From assembly GCA_016748015.1 (NCBI GenBank), contig JAAOMT010000479.1:523824-587823 (forward strand): a DNA stretch of 64,000 nt, written 5' to 3'. The position numbers and the translations under genes are program-made. The notes beneath the pieces are model-generated. The model did not search any database, was not told the DNA's origin, and saw only the letters and a list, made by a program, of their open reading frames with translations. This document shows positions 37,587 to 51,403 of this stretch, one piece after another (position 1 is the first letter of the stretch; the number at the start of each line of letters is the position of its first letter). The DNA is from Geosiphon pyriformis uo1. Taxonomy: Eukaryota; Fungi; Glomeromycota.

Positions 37587-40500
37587 GTGGCAGAATTAGA
37601 AAATATAGGAGCAAACCATTTAGGATTTGCGAAATTCTTGTTTTAACAATACAGTCAACAATTAGGATTAAACAGTAATTATTATCCAACCAAATCAGTC
37701 TTCAACTTCTATGTCAACAACAAAATTACTGAATGCTTAGGAGGAACAGTTAATATTGAAGCAGTAAGAGCAAACTTCTACACAGAATTATTCCAATACA
37801 CCAACTTTCCAAGGAACTATAGTTTTGTACCAATAATCAGAGAAATTAATCAAACCATTGAAAGATACACACAACAACAATTCTCCATTACCTATGCAGA
37901 CAAAGATAAAGGAAGAATACAAATACCAACAGCAACACCAAAAGAAATACAGTTACCTAGTTGGAAGAAACACAGAGTGAAATCACCAACCACTTCATCA
38001 TATTACTACATACCTGGAAGTACCATCAACATTTCATCAGTAGACGCATCTACATCAAACGCAACATCAACATTTGGAAGATTTTAGTTCCAAAGTAAAC
38101 AATGGAAAAAAGACTTACTAAGACCATATGAAGCATATTTTGAAGAATTTAAATCACAATTCCCAATGCTATCAGGAATTTGATTACCAATACCTCAACC
38201 AGATTTCAGAGCCACTACTCCATGGGAATTATCAGAGGAAAAAGAGGAAAGAAGTGAAGATCAAAAATTCACTTACCAAAACCCAATCTCAGAAAACTCG
38301 GAATTCGAAACCCTGAATTTCAAACCCCAACAAACCCAAATTTAGAAAATTCGGAAAACACAACTCTGAATATTCAAATACTGCAAAACCCCGAACCAAT
38401 TAATCAGCCAAACTTACCTCCAGTAATTGTCATTGATCAACCACCAATTAATCCAATAGCTGAACTCCTTCAGCAGTCACTTTAACTACCACTTCAACAA
38501 AATCAACAACTGTTTCAACAGTCACCACAACCATCTAACTTAGATCCAATGGCCTACACACCAATTGCAAAACTTGACAACTTTACTGGCAAAGAGGACG
38601 ATGCTCAAGTATGGCTGAATGATGTAGAAAAGGCCATCACAGCCAATGGATGGAATGACGTCCGAGCAATACAAGCCATTTCTTACTTTCTCAAGGATAT
38701 CACCAATTCATGGTATCAGAGCTTGATTAATAAACCACAAGATTTTAATGCCTTCAAAGTGGAATTCTTAAGATACTTCAGCAACAATAACAGTATCAAT
38801 TGTCTAGTCAATATGTTCACCATCATGAAACAAGGAGAAACTGAAGCAGTCACCACTTACCTGAAACACTTCCATCGAAATCTGCACCAAATTCAAGCAA
38901 TTGACGCCAACTATTTTACAGCACCACAGATCCTCAACCAGTTTATCCATGGCCTGTGCAGCAGTATCCTGCAACATGTACGTCCATTGTATCCAAACAC
39001 ACTTCAAAATGCAGTCACACGTGTCAGAGATTTTGAATCCACTGAGTCAGAGGCCAACCATGCCTAAGCCATTAATCTAGTAATGAATGGATCATCTGAA
39101 TTGGATTCCAAATTGGAGAAGTTCAGTGAATCAATTAATAAGAGATTAGAAGAATACTTAGCTGACAATCACACCATTTATCAGCCTCCACAATGATGCA
39201 ATAATCAAGGAAACTCTAATCATGACCAAAATCAACCATGTCCATCTTCATCAACCAATCAACAGTGGCAACAGGAAACGCATATCTGCCACTATTGTGG
39301 TAAACAAGAACATATTCAAATCGACTGCTGCCAGTGTTTAAATAACCAACAATTGGAAAATCAATATCGAAACCCTGATTACTGGTTTTCAATTCTGAAT
39401 CATCAATCAAACTTCACACAGTATCAACACTTACCTCATTATGCACCAATGACGCAGCCATTAATTTATTAACCACCAGTGTATCAAACTCCAATTTATC
39501 AGCCACAACCACAGGTAATATATTAACCACAACTGCCAACAATCTATCAACCCCAAATGATTCAGACCCCACCACAAAACTTATCTGCCAGTGGAGTCCA
39601 AAGACCGAGAATTATGCAGCAAAACTGGAGATTGTCGATGGTAGTTCATTAGCTGATCCCCAGCTCCTCCAGTTAAACAGGATCTTGTCAATGGAATTCG
39701 GGCACTGGTTATCCCCAAAATCCGAATTTCCAGGACTATTTAAGTCTTCTGGTTACTCCAGAAGATGCCTCACCCAGCAACCAGAAACCCACCCAAAAAC
39801 AACAAACACTTACCAGCAATATTCCGTTAGCAACAGTTACCAACGATGAATCACTAGCCGCCATCTTTCCATTCGAGATTGAAAAGCCATCAAATACCTC
39901 ATTATTTAGTGGAGCCACTCTCAATAAAAAACCCATCACCATGATGTACACAGATGTTAAAGTTGATGGTCAATCCATCAAATTGATCCTCGATAGTGGT
40001 TCAGCAGGCAGTATTATCACATGACAACTCATGGACCAATTAGGTTGCTGAGTTGATCGAGCTGCCAGTGCCAGAATCATCACAGCCAATGGAGCAACCA
40101 AAACTCCAATTGGCGAAATCGATGACTTCCCTTTCGAAGTTAACAGCATCATGACTCCCATTAAAGTTTTAATGATGGAAGCCACTCAATACCAAGCTCT
40201 AGTTGGTAATAACTGGCTGTTTAAAGTCAACACAACATTAGACTGGAACACCCAGGAACTCCAGCTAACATATCAGGGCCGACACATATGTGTACCAGCC
40301 ACATGTGGCCATTTCAAGGCTCCTCCAAGAGAGAAACTATTGATTGAACTAGAGGAGAAGAAAGAAAAACCTACTTGGGAAGCTTACCAAGTCTCCTGGA
40401 CTGATGCCAACCACAATGAACTATCACCAATACTCTCGTAGAACGACAACCCCAAGGGAAAGCAAAAAGAGGAACTGACCTGAGAAACAGACAATTTGAC

Positions 40501-42510
40501 CTGGACTAACAATGAACAGGAAGAACCATCGAGTTGAGAGTGGAAAAAAGAAAAGGGAAAAGGAAAAGAGAGGGAGGAAGAAAACATTCAAGCCAACAAC
40601 ACTTATATTCCATACACCTACGGTCAACAACAATTATTGACTTATTGCCGACCCAAACTGATATGCATTGATTGTGGCAAGAAATTGTCATCAATGGGCG
40701 TATGCTATGGTGATGATGAAGAATATTAAACAGCAACCAAGTTTTATTGCCGTACATATCACATCGAATGTTTTGGAAGACCAAAACAAGTGGGAAAATG
40801 GGATAATATACTATGTCTAGCCTGTGGAAAAACTCTTCTCGATGAAGAAATGTGGAACAACATTTCAGGGAAAGAAGGAACATGTAATGTTTCCTGCCAA
40901 TACATGATCCTCATTAATGACTGAGTTGAGAAAGGGACACCAATAAAAGCCGTCTGGAGAAGAGCTGTACAGCAACTGAACAGTTGTCCACATGATGATG
41001 ACAAAATTTGGAGAATGGCAATTGCCAAAATAGAAAGAGCGACACCTAAAGAGATCAGAGAAATCAAAAACAATCCACCAGAACCCATCGAGCTTGACTG
41101 GAATGCAGAGCCAATCATAAATTTTCTGGAACCAGAAGAGTTCCATGAACACTACCAAAACTTGGCACCCACTAAAGAAGAGCAAGAACAACGGTTAGCA
41201 CAGTTGAATACAAGACTGTGTTGCCATTATTTAATTTCCAGTGACTTTGAATATTGTGACAATTGTGATCTCATTTACAATCCATCACCATGCATGATCT
41301 ACACGATTCCCAAAGAGGAAAAACCAATTAGCAGCTGTACATCGGAGTCGGAATCACTACTCAATCCTGATTCAAATTCTGACAATGATGACGACGAGAA
41401 TAATGGTTCCAGCTCCATTCAAAATGACAATGACAATGACAACAATATCAACTCAGATTCAAATTCCGACTCAAATTATGAACAATATATTGCGCTTCCT
41501 AACCTCACCAAGGAACAAGAACTGAAATGGTTCAGCGATAATAATGAAGATATCATGCCAGAATGTGTGCATGATACTGATGCAGGATTTGATCTGAGAT
41601 ATCCAGGAACAGAAGCCATCAAATTGGAACCACATATGTGCACCTGCATTGATTTGAAAATAGCACTAGAAATTCCAGCAACAACAATAGTTCAATTAGC
41701 ATCCAGGAATAGTTTAGCAAGAAGAGAGATTAATATAAGAGGAGGAATAATTGACATGGGATATGTAGAAAATATCATCACCATACTACAAAATGACTCA
41801 GAAAAGGCCTATATAATAGAGCCCAACGAAAAAATAGCACAGGCAATATTCCTGCCTCTGGTTAGAGTAACTCAGTTAGTATTAGTGGAAAAGAGGGCAG
41901 AATTAGGAATAATAGCAAGAAGGATATAGGAATTTGGGTCAACAGATAGAATAGATGTACCAGTTAATATGGCAGAGGAAGAAATTGTTGGCCAAAGAGA
42001 AATTATTTTAACCAGTCAAGCTATTTCTATTCCACCATATAGCCAGTACATACTAGCAATAGAAAAGAAGGAAAAGAAGCAAGAACAGATTTTTGAAACT
42101 GAAGCAAACCTTTGTGAATCAAGAGAGATTGGATTGATTAATCTCCACATACCAGCCAAAAGCTATAGCTGCATAAAAATTCCCACATACAACAATACTG
42201 GCAAAGTCATCAACATACTAGAAAAAACCACCATTGGATATTTAACCACAAAAATAGAAGACCAATTACCAAACCCCATTCCAGACTTTTCACAACTTTG
42301 TGGATATGTCAACATCACATCACAAACAATTTATGGACAAGACAAATGTTATTTGCTCCAACCGAAACAATTAGAACAAATGAACATGAGAAATCTAGAC
42401 CCACTACAATGTATACAGCTTAAAATATTATTCAACAATTTCAATGACATCTTTGCCAGTGAAAACAAATTTAGCAGAACTGATATCATCTAACATCAAA
42501 TCAAGACTAG
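37587..42510 (+). pseudogene. Element B polyprotein 5' part: N-terminal extension, capsid, CCHC, protease, Cys-rich domain, dUTPase
   Basis: MAYTPIAKLDNFTG...WL (capsid), CHYCGKQEHIQIDC, LILDSGSAGSII, AGFDL/SRNSLA/GGIIDMGY/KIAQAI; fragments 38549, 40151, 41015 and 41969 share one frame. Confidence 0.92.
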
Positions 42511-43478
42511 TGTTACCAGACAAAATTAGAGATATTATTTAGCATAAAATTATCTTTATAATCCCTATTATTAATTAGCATATATTATTGTTTCAAATTA
42601 TTACTTATTACATTAGCAAAATGTCCAAAATTATCATTTAATTAATAATCCAATTTGCACATAACATAAATGTAACCTAATTGTGATGATCAATCATGCA
42701 ATACCCCGAACTATGTAACATTCAAAAAGTTCACCAAAATTTGTAGAAATTGGCCGAAATAATTGATAGTTCACCAAAATATCTAATAGTTTGCAGAAAT
42801 AACTTGTAGTTTGCCGAAATGTATCTTTAGTTCAGTGAAATTGTAGAAAATAGCAAAGTTCAAGTTCATAGAATAGTGCTATGACAAGTTGTATAAAAGA
42901 AGAGCTTTTCTTTTTGAGAAAATATATTTTACTTCAGATTTAACAATTAGAATCATCCTTTATACACAAAAACGAAATAAATATCAAATAATTCGAAAAA
43001 TCAAATCCTTAATTATTTCCTTTTGAAATTAACCAATTTCTACTAAACAGTTTGAAATTGATTAGCTACCAATTTCAGTAAACTGTTAGTGACTCCAGGC
43101 CTGGACAAAGAATGTTTCCCTTGACAGAATTTTATTTCTTTTATTTTCTTTTATTTTTCTTACTATAATTATTAGGGTAGTCTATGGATGAGATTCTTGT
43201 AGAAGAGTTGACTTTCACAGCAAAGTAACTACACATTTTTAGTGAGCTTCCAGATGAGCAATTTCTGGGAAAGAGTTGACATTTACTACAATGTAACTAC
43301 ATAAAGTAATTGGCATGGAATTGGCCATTTTACTTGTAAGCCCAGCAGTTTAAATTATAGGAGATAATTTGAAGATAAATTCAGTTACTGGAGGTTTAAC
43401 CACATCCAGAAAATGTGAATTCACAGCAAAACAGGCATTTACAACATTAAGAAAAGAGACCAAAAACCTCCAGTAACA
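42511..43478 (+). repeat. 5' LTR of element C
   Basis: TGTTAC...GTAACA; direct repeat of 51404-52371; not similar to A/B LTRs. Confidence 0.95.
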
Positions 43479-43520
43479 TTTGGTGCTCTTTTACGGAAAT
43501 AACACAGCAACAACAAATTC

Positions 43521-46500
43521 AAAGTAGTGACCACACCAGACACAGCAACTCTAGAGTATTACCAGTCAATTTATACACACTGCAAGCAAAGATTCAACAT
43601 TCCAGATGGAATTAAAGTTGTCAAGAAATCAGTATACCAATACATTAAAAACCACATCAACAATTATCTTTTTGGAAACTACAACATTTCAGAAGTTAGA
43701 AGCAACCTCTACAATAATTTAGTGCACTATTCACAATTGGGAACAGAAGACCTGAACAGTAAAACACTTGCTACCTACTTCCAAAAATTTAATTTTAACA
43801 TTATTAAGTATTGTGAAGAAAAATACCCAGTACAGTCTAAATATTTTTTTGATTTTGAATCAGAGACAGAAACAAGCAACAAAGGCAAACAAAAATTGAA
43901 GCAATACTCAAAAACCACCCCAAATACTCCAATACTACCAAAAACAACTGCCAAACACTTACAAACACCTGAACAAGGAATCAGTTCAAAACTCCCACTC
44001 ACTATTACATCTTTTCCAGTTTCACTTACACAAGCAGAAACTTCTAATTCACCTTTAAATTGATTTTCAAGACTAGAAGATTATACATTACCCAGAAGTC
44101 CTACCAGACAACAAGAAACCCTTCAGACTAGTACCAATCTTCTTGACTATTTAGCAGAAAACACAAGCAAATACTCTGAAACATTAGCTAACAAAGAAAA
44201 CATTTCTGAATTCATTGAAGAAAAAGTAGAATCCGAAGAAGAAAGTAAATTAACAGATAACAAAGAAGAAGATGAAATGACAGCTTATATTGCAAAAATT
44301 CCCGAATTTAATGGAGAAAATATTGAAACCAGTCCCCAAGAATGGCTCGACCAAGTTACTAAAGCTGGAGATGCAAATGGATAGAATGCTGCCAGAATGT
44401 TAAGAACAATTCCCTATTTTCTCAAAAAAACAGCAGATGAATGGTTCGAAAACTTGACCACCTCTTTTAATAACTGGACAGCTTTCAAAACTGCTTTCTT
44501 AGAACAATTCACCGATAACAACATCTCAATCACACTTCAAAATCATTTTTGTAATATCAAACAAGAACCCTCCAAATCTGTTATGACTTATATTGGGAAA
44601 TTCAACAAACTTCTCAGATGAATTCGCCAACTTGAAACTAATGATTATTATTCCAATGCTCAAATTTTGGATCAATTTATTGCTGGTTTAAAGAATAAAC
44701 TGATTAAAAAGGTTCACCTACATGCTCCAGAAGATTTAAACTCTGTCATTCAGCATGCAAAGAGATATGAAATGGCCATGAAAGAAGCCAATCATACAAA
44801 ACTCGTGAACTTAGCCATTGGAAAGACCAGCTCAACAGCTGAAGAGAAAATTGACCAACTCACAAAGAAAGTCAAAAACTATTTCACCAACCAACAACAA
44901 CAGCAACCCCAAAGATATCAACCATCCCAAAGACGGAATCAAAACAACTTCGTATCATCTTCTAATAACCAGTCTCAGAATTGCCATTACTGTGGAATCC
45001 CTGGCCACTGGAAAAGAGATTGCAGAAAGCTACAATGAGACCAACAAAATAAGAGTAATCAACGTTACCTTCCACTATAGCAATCTTATTATCAACTACC
45101 ACCACCAGCTTACTATTCACCAAGATCCCAATATTAAAGTAACTATTATCAGCCTGTCCCACAGTCAATTCAACAGCAATACCAACAACCATCTACACAA
45201 CATTATTATAATTCTGCAAAATCAATCCACACTACAAAACTAATACCAAGTAAACAACAACAGAATCAATTTGAACAACCAATTAATTCTCCAAAATTCA
45301 GCTCAACCAAGACTCACCCATTATCATACTCAACCTAGCTATCTTACAATACCTAAAGAACAGGATTTTCACCATACTGCACTCTCGGAAGGTAGAGCTG
45401 CAGCATGACAACAAAACCCTTCCTATACTCCTACCACAATTCCACCAGCCAGAATTGCTGAAAATGCCAATTTTTCAAATATATTCTCTTTTGAGTTTGA
45501 AGCAAATGAGTCACCATTCCTGCTTAGCAATGCAGCTGCCAACAAACAAAAAGCAATCACTGCTATGTACACTAAAGCAGAAGTCAAAGGAAAGGCAATT
45601 CACTTGATCCTAAACAGTAGATCTGCCAGAAGCATCATCACCTATTAGTTAATGCAACAGTTAAAGAAAAATGTTGACCGACCAGCTCAAACAGTAATCA
45701 TTATTGCCAATGGCATAAAAAAGACTCCAGTAGGAGAAATTGACAATTTTCTGTTCACTCTTAATAGAATCACCATTCCAGTCAAAGTTCTTGTAATGGA
45801 TACACCCCAGTATTAAGCCCTTGTCGGAAATGATTGGCTCCAAAAAGCCAATGCAAAATTAGACTGGGAAACCCAAGAATTACAATTCTCCTATCAAGGA
45901 CAACATGTCTGAGTACCCGTTACTTGTAGTATATTCAACAAATGCTTTGAAAAAGCACCGGCTTTTGAATTTGAACTGGAAGAAAAAAAACCCATCATTG
46001 AAACATTTATGGCACTTGAATCAATCTCCAATTGGGCTGATGAAACTGAACAACAGTATTTTTCAACAAATGATTCTCTTGAAACAAAAGAACCAGTGAC
46101 AACCAGATGGAATGTTCCCTATTCAAAACCAGAATCACGAAAACAACGCCCTTACATTCCACTCAAATGCAAAGATTACCACAAGAAACTCTCATCAATA
46201 GAAGCCTGCATTTTATCTGAAAAAGAATATAAAAATCATACTTGTTATTACTGCAAGGCTTGCCACAGAGAACAATGGGGCCATCTAATAAAAAGAAGCA
46301 GAAAATAGGACAACACCCCTTGTTTAACTTGTAGAGATATGCTATCAGAAAAATGTAATTGAATTAATGTAGCAATGAGAGGAAAAGTCTGCGATTAGAC
46401 CTGCCAATATGCTTTATCAATTTCAGAAAAAGTAAAAAAAGAAACACCCTTTAATGCAGTATACAACAGTACTCTCAACAAACTATATCATTACCCACAT

Positions 46501-49161
46501 GATGCTGAAATGATTTTTGACTTAACAATGGCTTTAATCAATGGAGCCATTCAAGAAGATGTCCACCAAATGAAGGAAGCAGAATACATTGAATACACCA
46601 TGGAATTAGCTGGATTTAATTATGAAGATGAAGTAGAAGTCTATCACCATATTGCAAGTTACACCTACCCAACCCAAGAAGCTCAAATTCAATGATTAGA
46701 GCAAATAAACATTAAGCTGTGTGAAGAGTGTATAATGCCATGTGACAAACAATAGTGTTTTGAATGCTACGCTCTTAGCATTCTATTGCCCAGCAAAAGC
46801 GATGAATACAAAATTGAATTTGGAGAACCTGAAGCAACAGAAAAAATTGAAACAACACCCATGTATCTCATCAAAAATCAGCCTGCCTTACAACTCAAAT
46901 ACTTCAACAACAACAAACAAGGAATAAAACCCGAAAAAGCACATGAAATTGATGCTGGATACAATCTACAATATCCAAGAAAAGACACTTTGGTTTTTCA
47001 ACCAAATTTCCTTACCAAAATCAACCTCAAAATTGCCTTCAAAATCCCACCAGGAGCAATAGTCCAAATCACTTCACGATCATCATTGGCAAGCAAAAGA
47101 ATTAATGTTAGAGGAAGAATCATAGATGCTGGATATATAGGAGACATTACAATCATGTTACAAAATGAAACCAATAAACCTTTTCAGATTGAACATGCTG
47201 AAAAAATTGCTCAAGCTATTTATTTACTCTTAATCAACATTTCAGATTTACAATTAGTCAGTCAAAGAGAACAATTGAGAAAAAGTGAAAGAAAAACCAA
47301 TGGTTTTGGTTCAACTGGGCGATTCACAGTTCCAGTAAACATAGCTCTTAATGAACAAAGTGAATCTCACCAGATTCTACGACTTCCACAACCAATTACT
47401 ATTTCACCTTTTGGAGAACACCCTGAAATTTATACTTGTGAAAAGCCAATGACCACACAACAAATTTTTGAGTCCAATGAATGAATCTGCTTGGAACATA
47501 ATATCTCAATCCCAAATATTTACATCCCAAAAGGAACAAAGAAAGTCTAAGTTACTTTTTACAACCCCAATAATTACCCCATAGTTTTATTAAATAACTT
47601 AGAAATTGGAGTTATTCACAGTAATATCTTTTAACAAGAATTACTCTAAACAGTCCCCGATTTCTCTGAAATTATTGGACATTTACTACCAAAAATCAAC
47701 CCAAACCCCAGCTCAGAAAACTACCATGTTGTCATAAAAAAACTATCTCAAATCAACATGGGACAACTTGAATCACAACAACAGAGCCAGCTCAAAGAGC
47801 TAATTGCAGAATTTGCCGATATCTTTGCCAAAAACAACAATGACTTAGGAAGAACCAATTTGGTTCAACACCAAATTTATACTGGAGATGCCAAACCAAA
47901 ATAACAACAAGCCTACCACATCGCTCTAGAAAGTCACCAATTTATCCGAGATGAAGTACAATGGATGCTTAACAATGGGCTTATTCAGCCATCAATGAGT
48001 CTATGAGCCTCATCTGTGGTCTTAGTTAAAAAAAAAAATGGAAAGATACAATTTTGTGTTGATTATTAACAACTTAACAGTGTCACCATTGGAGATGCCT
48101 ACCTTTTTCCCCGAATTGATGACATGCTGGATGCTCTTGGGAAGTCTGAATACTTTTCGACATTAGATTTAGAGAGTAGATACTGGCAAGTTGTCATGGA
48201 TCCCAAAGATTGCCCCAAAACAGCATTCACCATTCAAGGAGGAAATTACGAGTTTAATGTAATGCCTTTCGGATTATGCAATGCACCAGCCACATTCCAA
48301 AGACCCATGAATGTTGTTTACAAAGACCTCCTTTGGAAATCAGTAGTCATTTATCTCAATAATACTGATGTTTATTTTCCATCTTTTGAATTACACTTAA
48401 AACACCTGTGAGAAGTTTTTTAACAATTACGGAAAGCAAGATTAAAACTGAACATCAAAAAATGCTACTTCAGAAAAACAAGTTTGGCCTTTCTTGGTCA
48501 CATTGTTAGCAAAAATAGAATTAAACCAGACCCCAGAAAAGTCAGCACTGTCAAAAACTTCAAGACTCCACGAAATACCACAGAATTAAGAGGATTTATT
48601 GGATTAGCATCCTATTACTGAAAATTTATCAAAGGATTCTCAGAAATTGCAAAACCCCTCAACCAGCTCACTACTAAAAATGTTAAATACAAATAGACAG
48701 AAAAACACCAAAAAGCTTTTGAAATTCTCAAGGAAAAGCTGACAACAGCTCCAATTCTCGCCTATTCAGACTTCAGTAACTGATTTCGACTAGCTACAGA
48801 CACTTCTTATACTGCCTTTGGTGCCATCTTATCACAATTAGATGACAACAGAAATGAGTAAGTAATTGCTTATGCTAGCAGAACATTAAAACCAGCTGAG
48901 AAAAACTACCTTGCCACAGAACTAGAAACAGCAGCCATAATTTGGGCCCTACACCACTTCAATCTTTATCTCAGACCTAAAGAATTTGACATTATTACTG
49001 ATAATATTGGACTCAAATAGCTTCAAAACAAAAACACTCAGCTGAATGCCAAACAAACCTGATGGACAAGATTTTTAGCTAACTACTGATACATTGTACA
49101 TCACAAACTAAGAAAACTCCACACCAATGTTGATTGTCTCTCAAGAATGAGACAAGATTAG
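43521..49161 (+). pseudogene. Element C gag-pol polyprotein lacking integrase (capsid, CCHC, PR, Cys-rich, dUTPase, RT, RNase H)
   Basis: MTAYIAKIPEFNG, CHYCGIPGHWKRDC, LILNSRSA (eroded DSG), AGYNL/SRSSLA/IIDAGY/GFGSTG, MPFGLCNAPATFQ, YLNN (eroded YLDD), LATDTS; stop TAG at 49159-49161. Confidence 0.92.
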
Positions 49162-49207
49162 AACATAAAACCAACACCCATTTGAATTAACAACAAAACA
49201 ACAAACA

Positions 49208-50593
49208 ATGAACCCCAAAAACTACAACAATCTTAAACAATATTTGGAGACATTAACAATCTCAACAGATTGGTCTGCAGATAAAAAACACCAGTTACAA
49301 CAACAAGCCAAACAATACTTCTTACACAACAACATTATTTATTATCGAAACTTCAAAAATCCAGACAAACTACTCAGATTAATACAAGAACATAAAAAAG
49401 AGACTATATTATATAATATGCACTCAAATCTTTCATCAGCACACTTCAGAAAAGACAGCACCACCCAAAGAACATTAGAATATTACTTTTGGCCACAAAT
49501 AAGAAAAAACATTTATGAATACATTAAGTTTTGTGATCATTGTCAAAGAAAAAGAGGAACTTGTTCTACAGAACCTTTAAACCCAATCAAAGTTGGACAG
49601 TCTTTTGACTGAGTTGGTATCAATTTAGTCAGACCACTACCTATCACAAACCAAGGAAACTGTTATATTGCAGTAGCTGTAGACTATCTTACCAAATGGC
49701 CCAAAGTCAAAGTCATTCAACGAGCAGATGCAAAATCAGTAGCAAGTTTCATCTATGAAAATGTTATTTGTAGACATAGATGCCCAATAAAACTTTTATC
49801 TGATTAAGGAACACATTTTGTGAACAATTTAATTCAAAAAATTTGTGAACAATTTAATGTCAAGAAACCATTATCTTTGCCCTACCATCCACAAACAAAT
49901 GAACCTGTAGAACATTTCAACAGAACATTATGTAAATTATTAGCCAAAGTCTCAACCAATTTTGAGCAAAAATGGGATTTCTTTATTTTGTCAGTGTTAC
50001 TAGCATATAGAACACTAAAACATGACACCACAAAAAACATACCATTTGACTTAACTTATGGAAGGACAGCAACATTACCAATTAATTTTACCATGGAACT
50101 ATATCCAGTGCAGCCAATTAATGAAGAAAACTTTCAGAAAACACTTCAACAAAGAGCCTACAATCTTCTTAGCACATTGGAAGGAAAATGATAAATAGCA
50201 TTCACCTATATCAAACACTTCCAAGCTCAACAAAAAGAATGGCATGACAACAAATTACCACCAATCACCAATGAATTTAAAATTAGAAATAAAGTTCTCT
50301 TACACAGAACTAAAGCTGAAAAACAATGGAGTGAAAAATTTGAAAATAAATGGAATGGACCATTCTTTATCCATAAAGTTCTAGGCAATGGATCATACAA
50401 GCTAAGACTTGATGACAAAATCCTAGCAAAAGTTGCACATAGAGATCATTTGAAACACTATAATTCCAGAAACAATCCTGAACCATTAATTCCACAAATT
50501 GGTACACATTTCTCTTTAATCAATTCCGAAGATATTCCCCGAAATTTAGAACCAATAGTTGTCATTAAACAACCTCCCAACTTGAACACTTAA
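49208..50593 (+). pseudogene. Element C integrase ORF
   Basis: Own ATG (MNPKNY...), HSNLSSAHF...CDHC, eroded DDE core, KWNGPF.I..VLGNGSYKL. Confidence 0.9.
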
Positions 50594-50715
50594 CTTAAAT
50601 TTATTATTATAGTTATTTCCTTATAATTTAGAAACAATCTCACAAAAACAAAGCAAAAATAACATAAAAACCCATACACCAAAAATAATTTTCTTTTATT
50701 TTCAAATTTCTTATA

Positions 50716-51392
50716 ATGACTATTTCTCAAAACATTCAACAATTATCCCAAAAACTAATGTTAGCTTTAAAAACAATACCCAAATTATCCATTACTGTTA
50801 CTGGAAACCACATTAATTATACCCAAACAGAAATAGTTACAAATTTAGCCCCAAATTCATGAAAATATCACCCATATAAGAAGAATACAAGAAGTTATTC
50901 TGGAATTCACCTACCAGAACTTTTGAAGCTTGCTTTAAGAGAAAACTTATTGCTCATCCCTATTAGTATTCTACCAAATGCTACTATTTAACAAAAACTT
51001 CAACTGTGTCTTAATGAAGAAAACAGCAAATATCCTCCAATATATAGATATTTCTACATTGGAAAAACACTTCATGAATGAAAACTGGAGCTTACAGCAG
51101 CAAACCTCACAAAAAAAGCTATCCGGAAACAACTCCACAATGAATTCAAGACAATAACTGGACCTACAAACAGTCATTATAAATTAAGAGCTGCTCTTAG
51201 ACTTTACGACCTATTCCACACCTGTAAAAACATTCTACAAAACCCAATTTTACAACCTTTGAAGATTCAATACATTGGAAAGCTCACAGAACTGAAATTT
51301 CAACAATTTTCAGACCAAATTTCTTCAATAATTTTGGATTATTATCTGGAAATTACAGACAGTACTTGGACTTCAATGAAGCTCAGTCTTGA
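50716..51392 (+). pseudogene. Element C ORF3 (unknown, non-env), frameshifted
   Basis: MTISQNIQQLSQKL...KLRAALRLYDLF...IGKLTELKFQQF...LDFNEAQS*. Confidence 0.7.
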
Positions 51393-51403
51393 GGAGGAGG
51401 TTA

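Noticed and set aside
45180-45250. Programmed gag-pol frameshift in C
   Set aside because: B is in one frame across the same region and no slippery site/pseudoknot is evident; more likely a decay indel.
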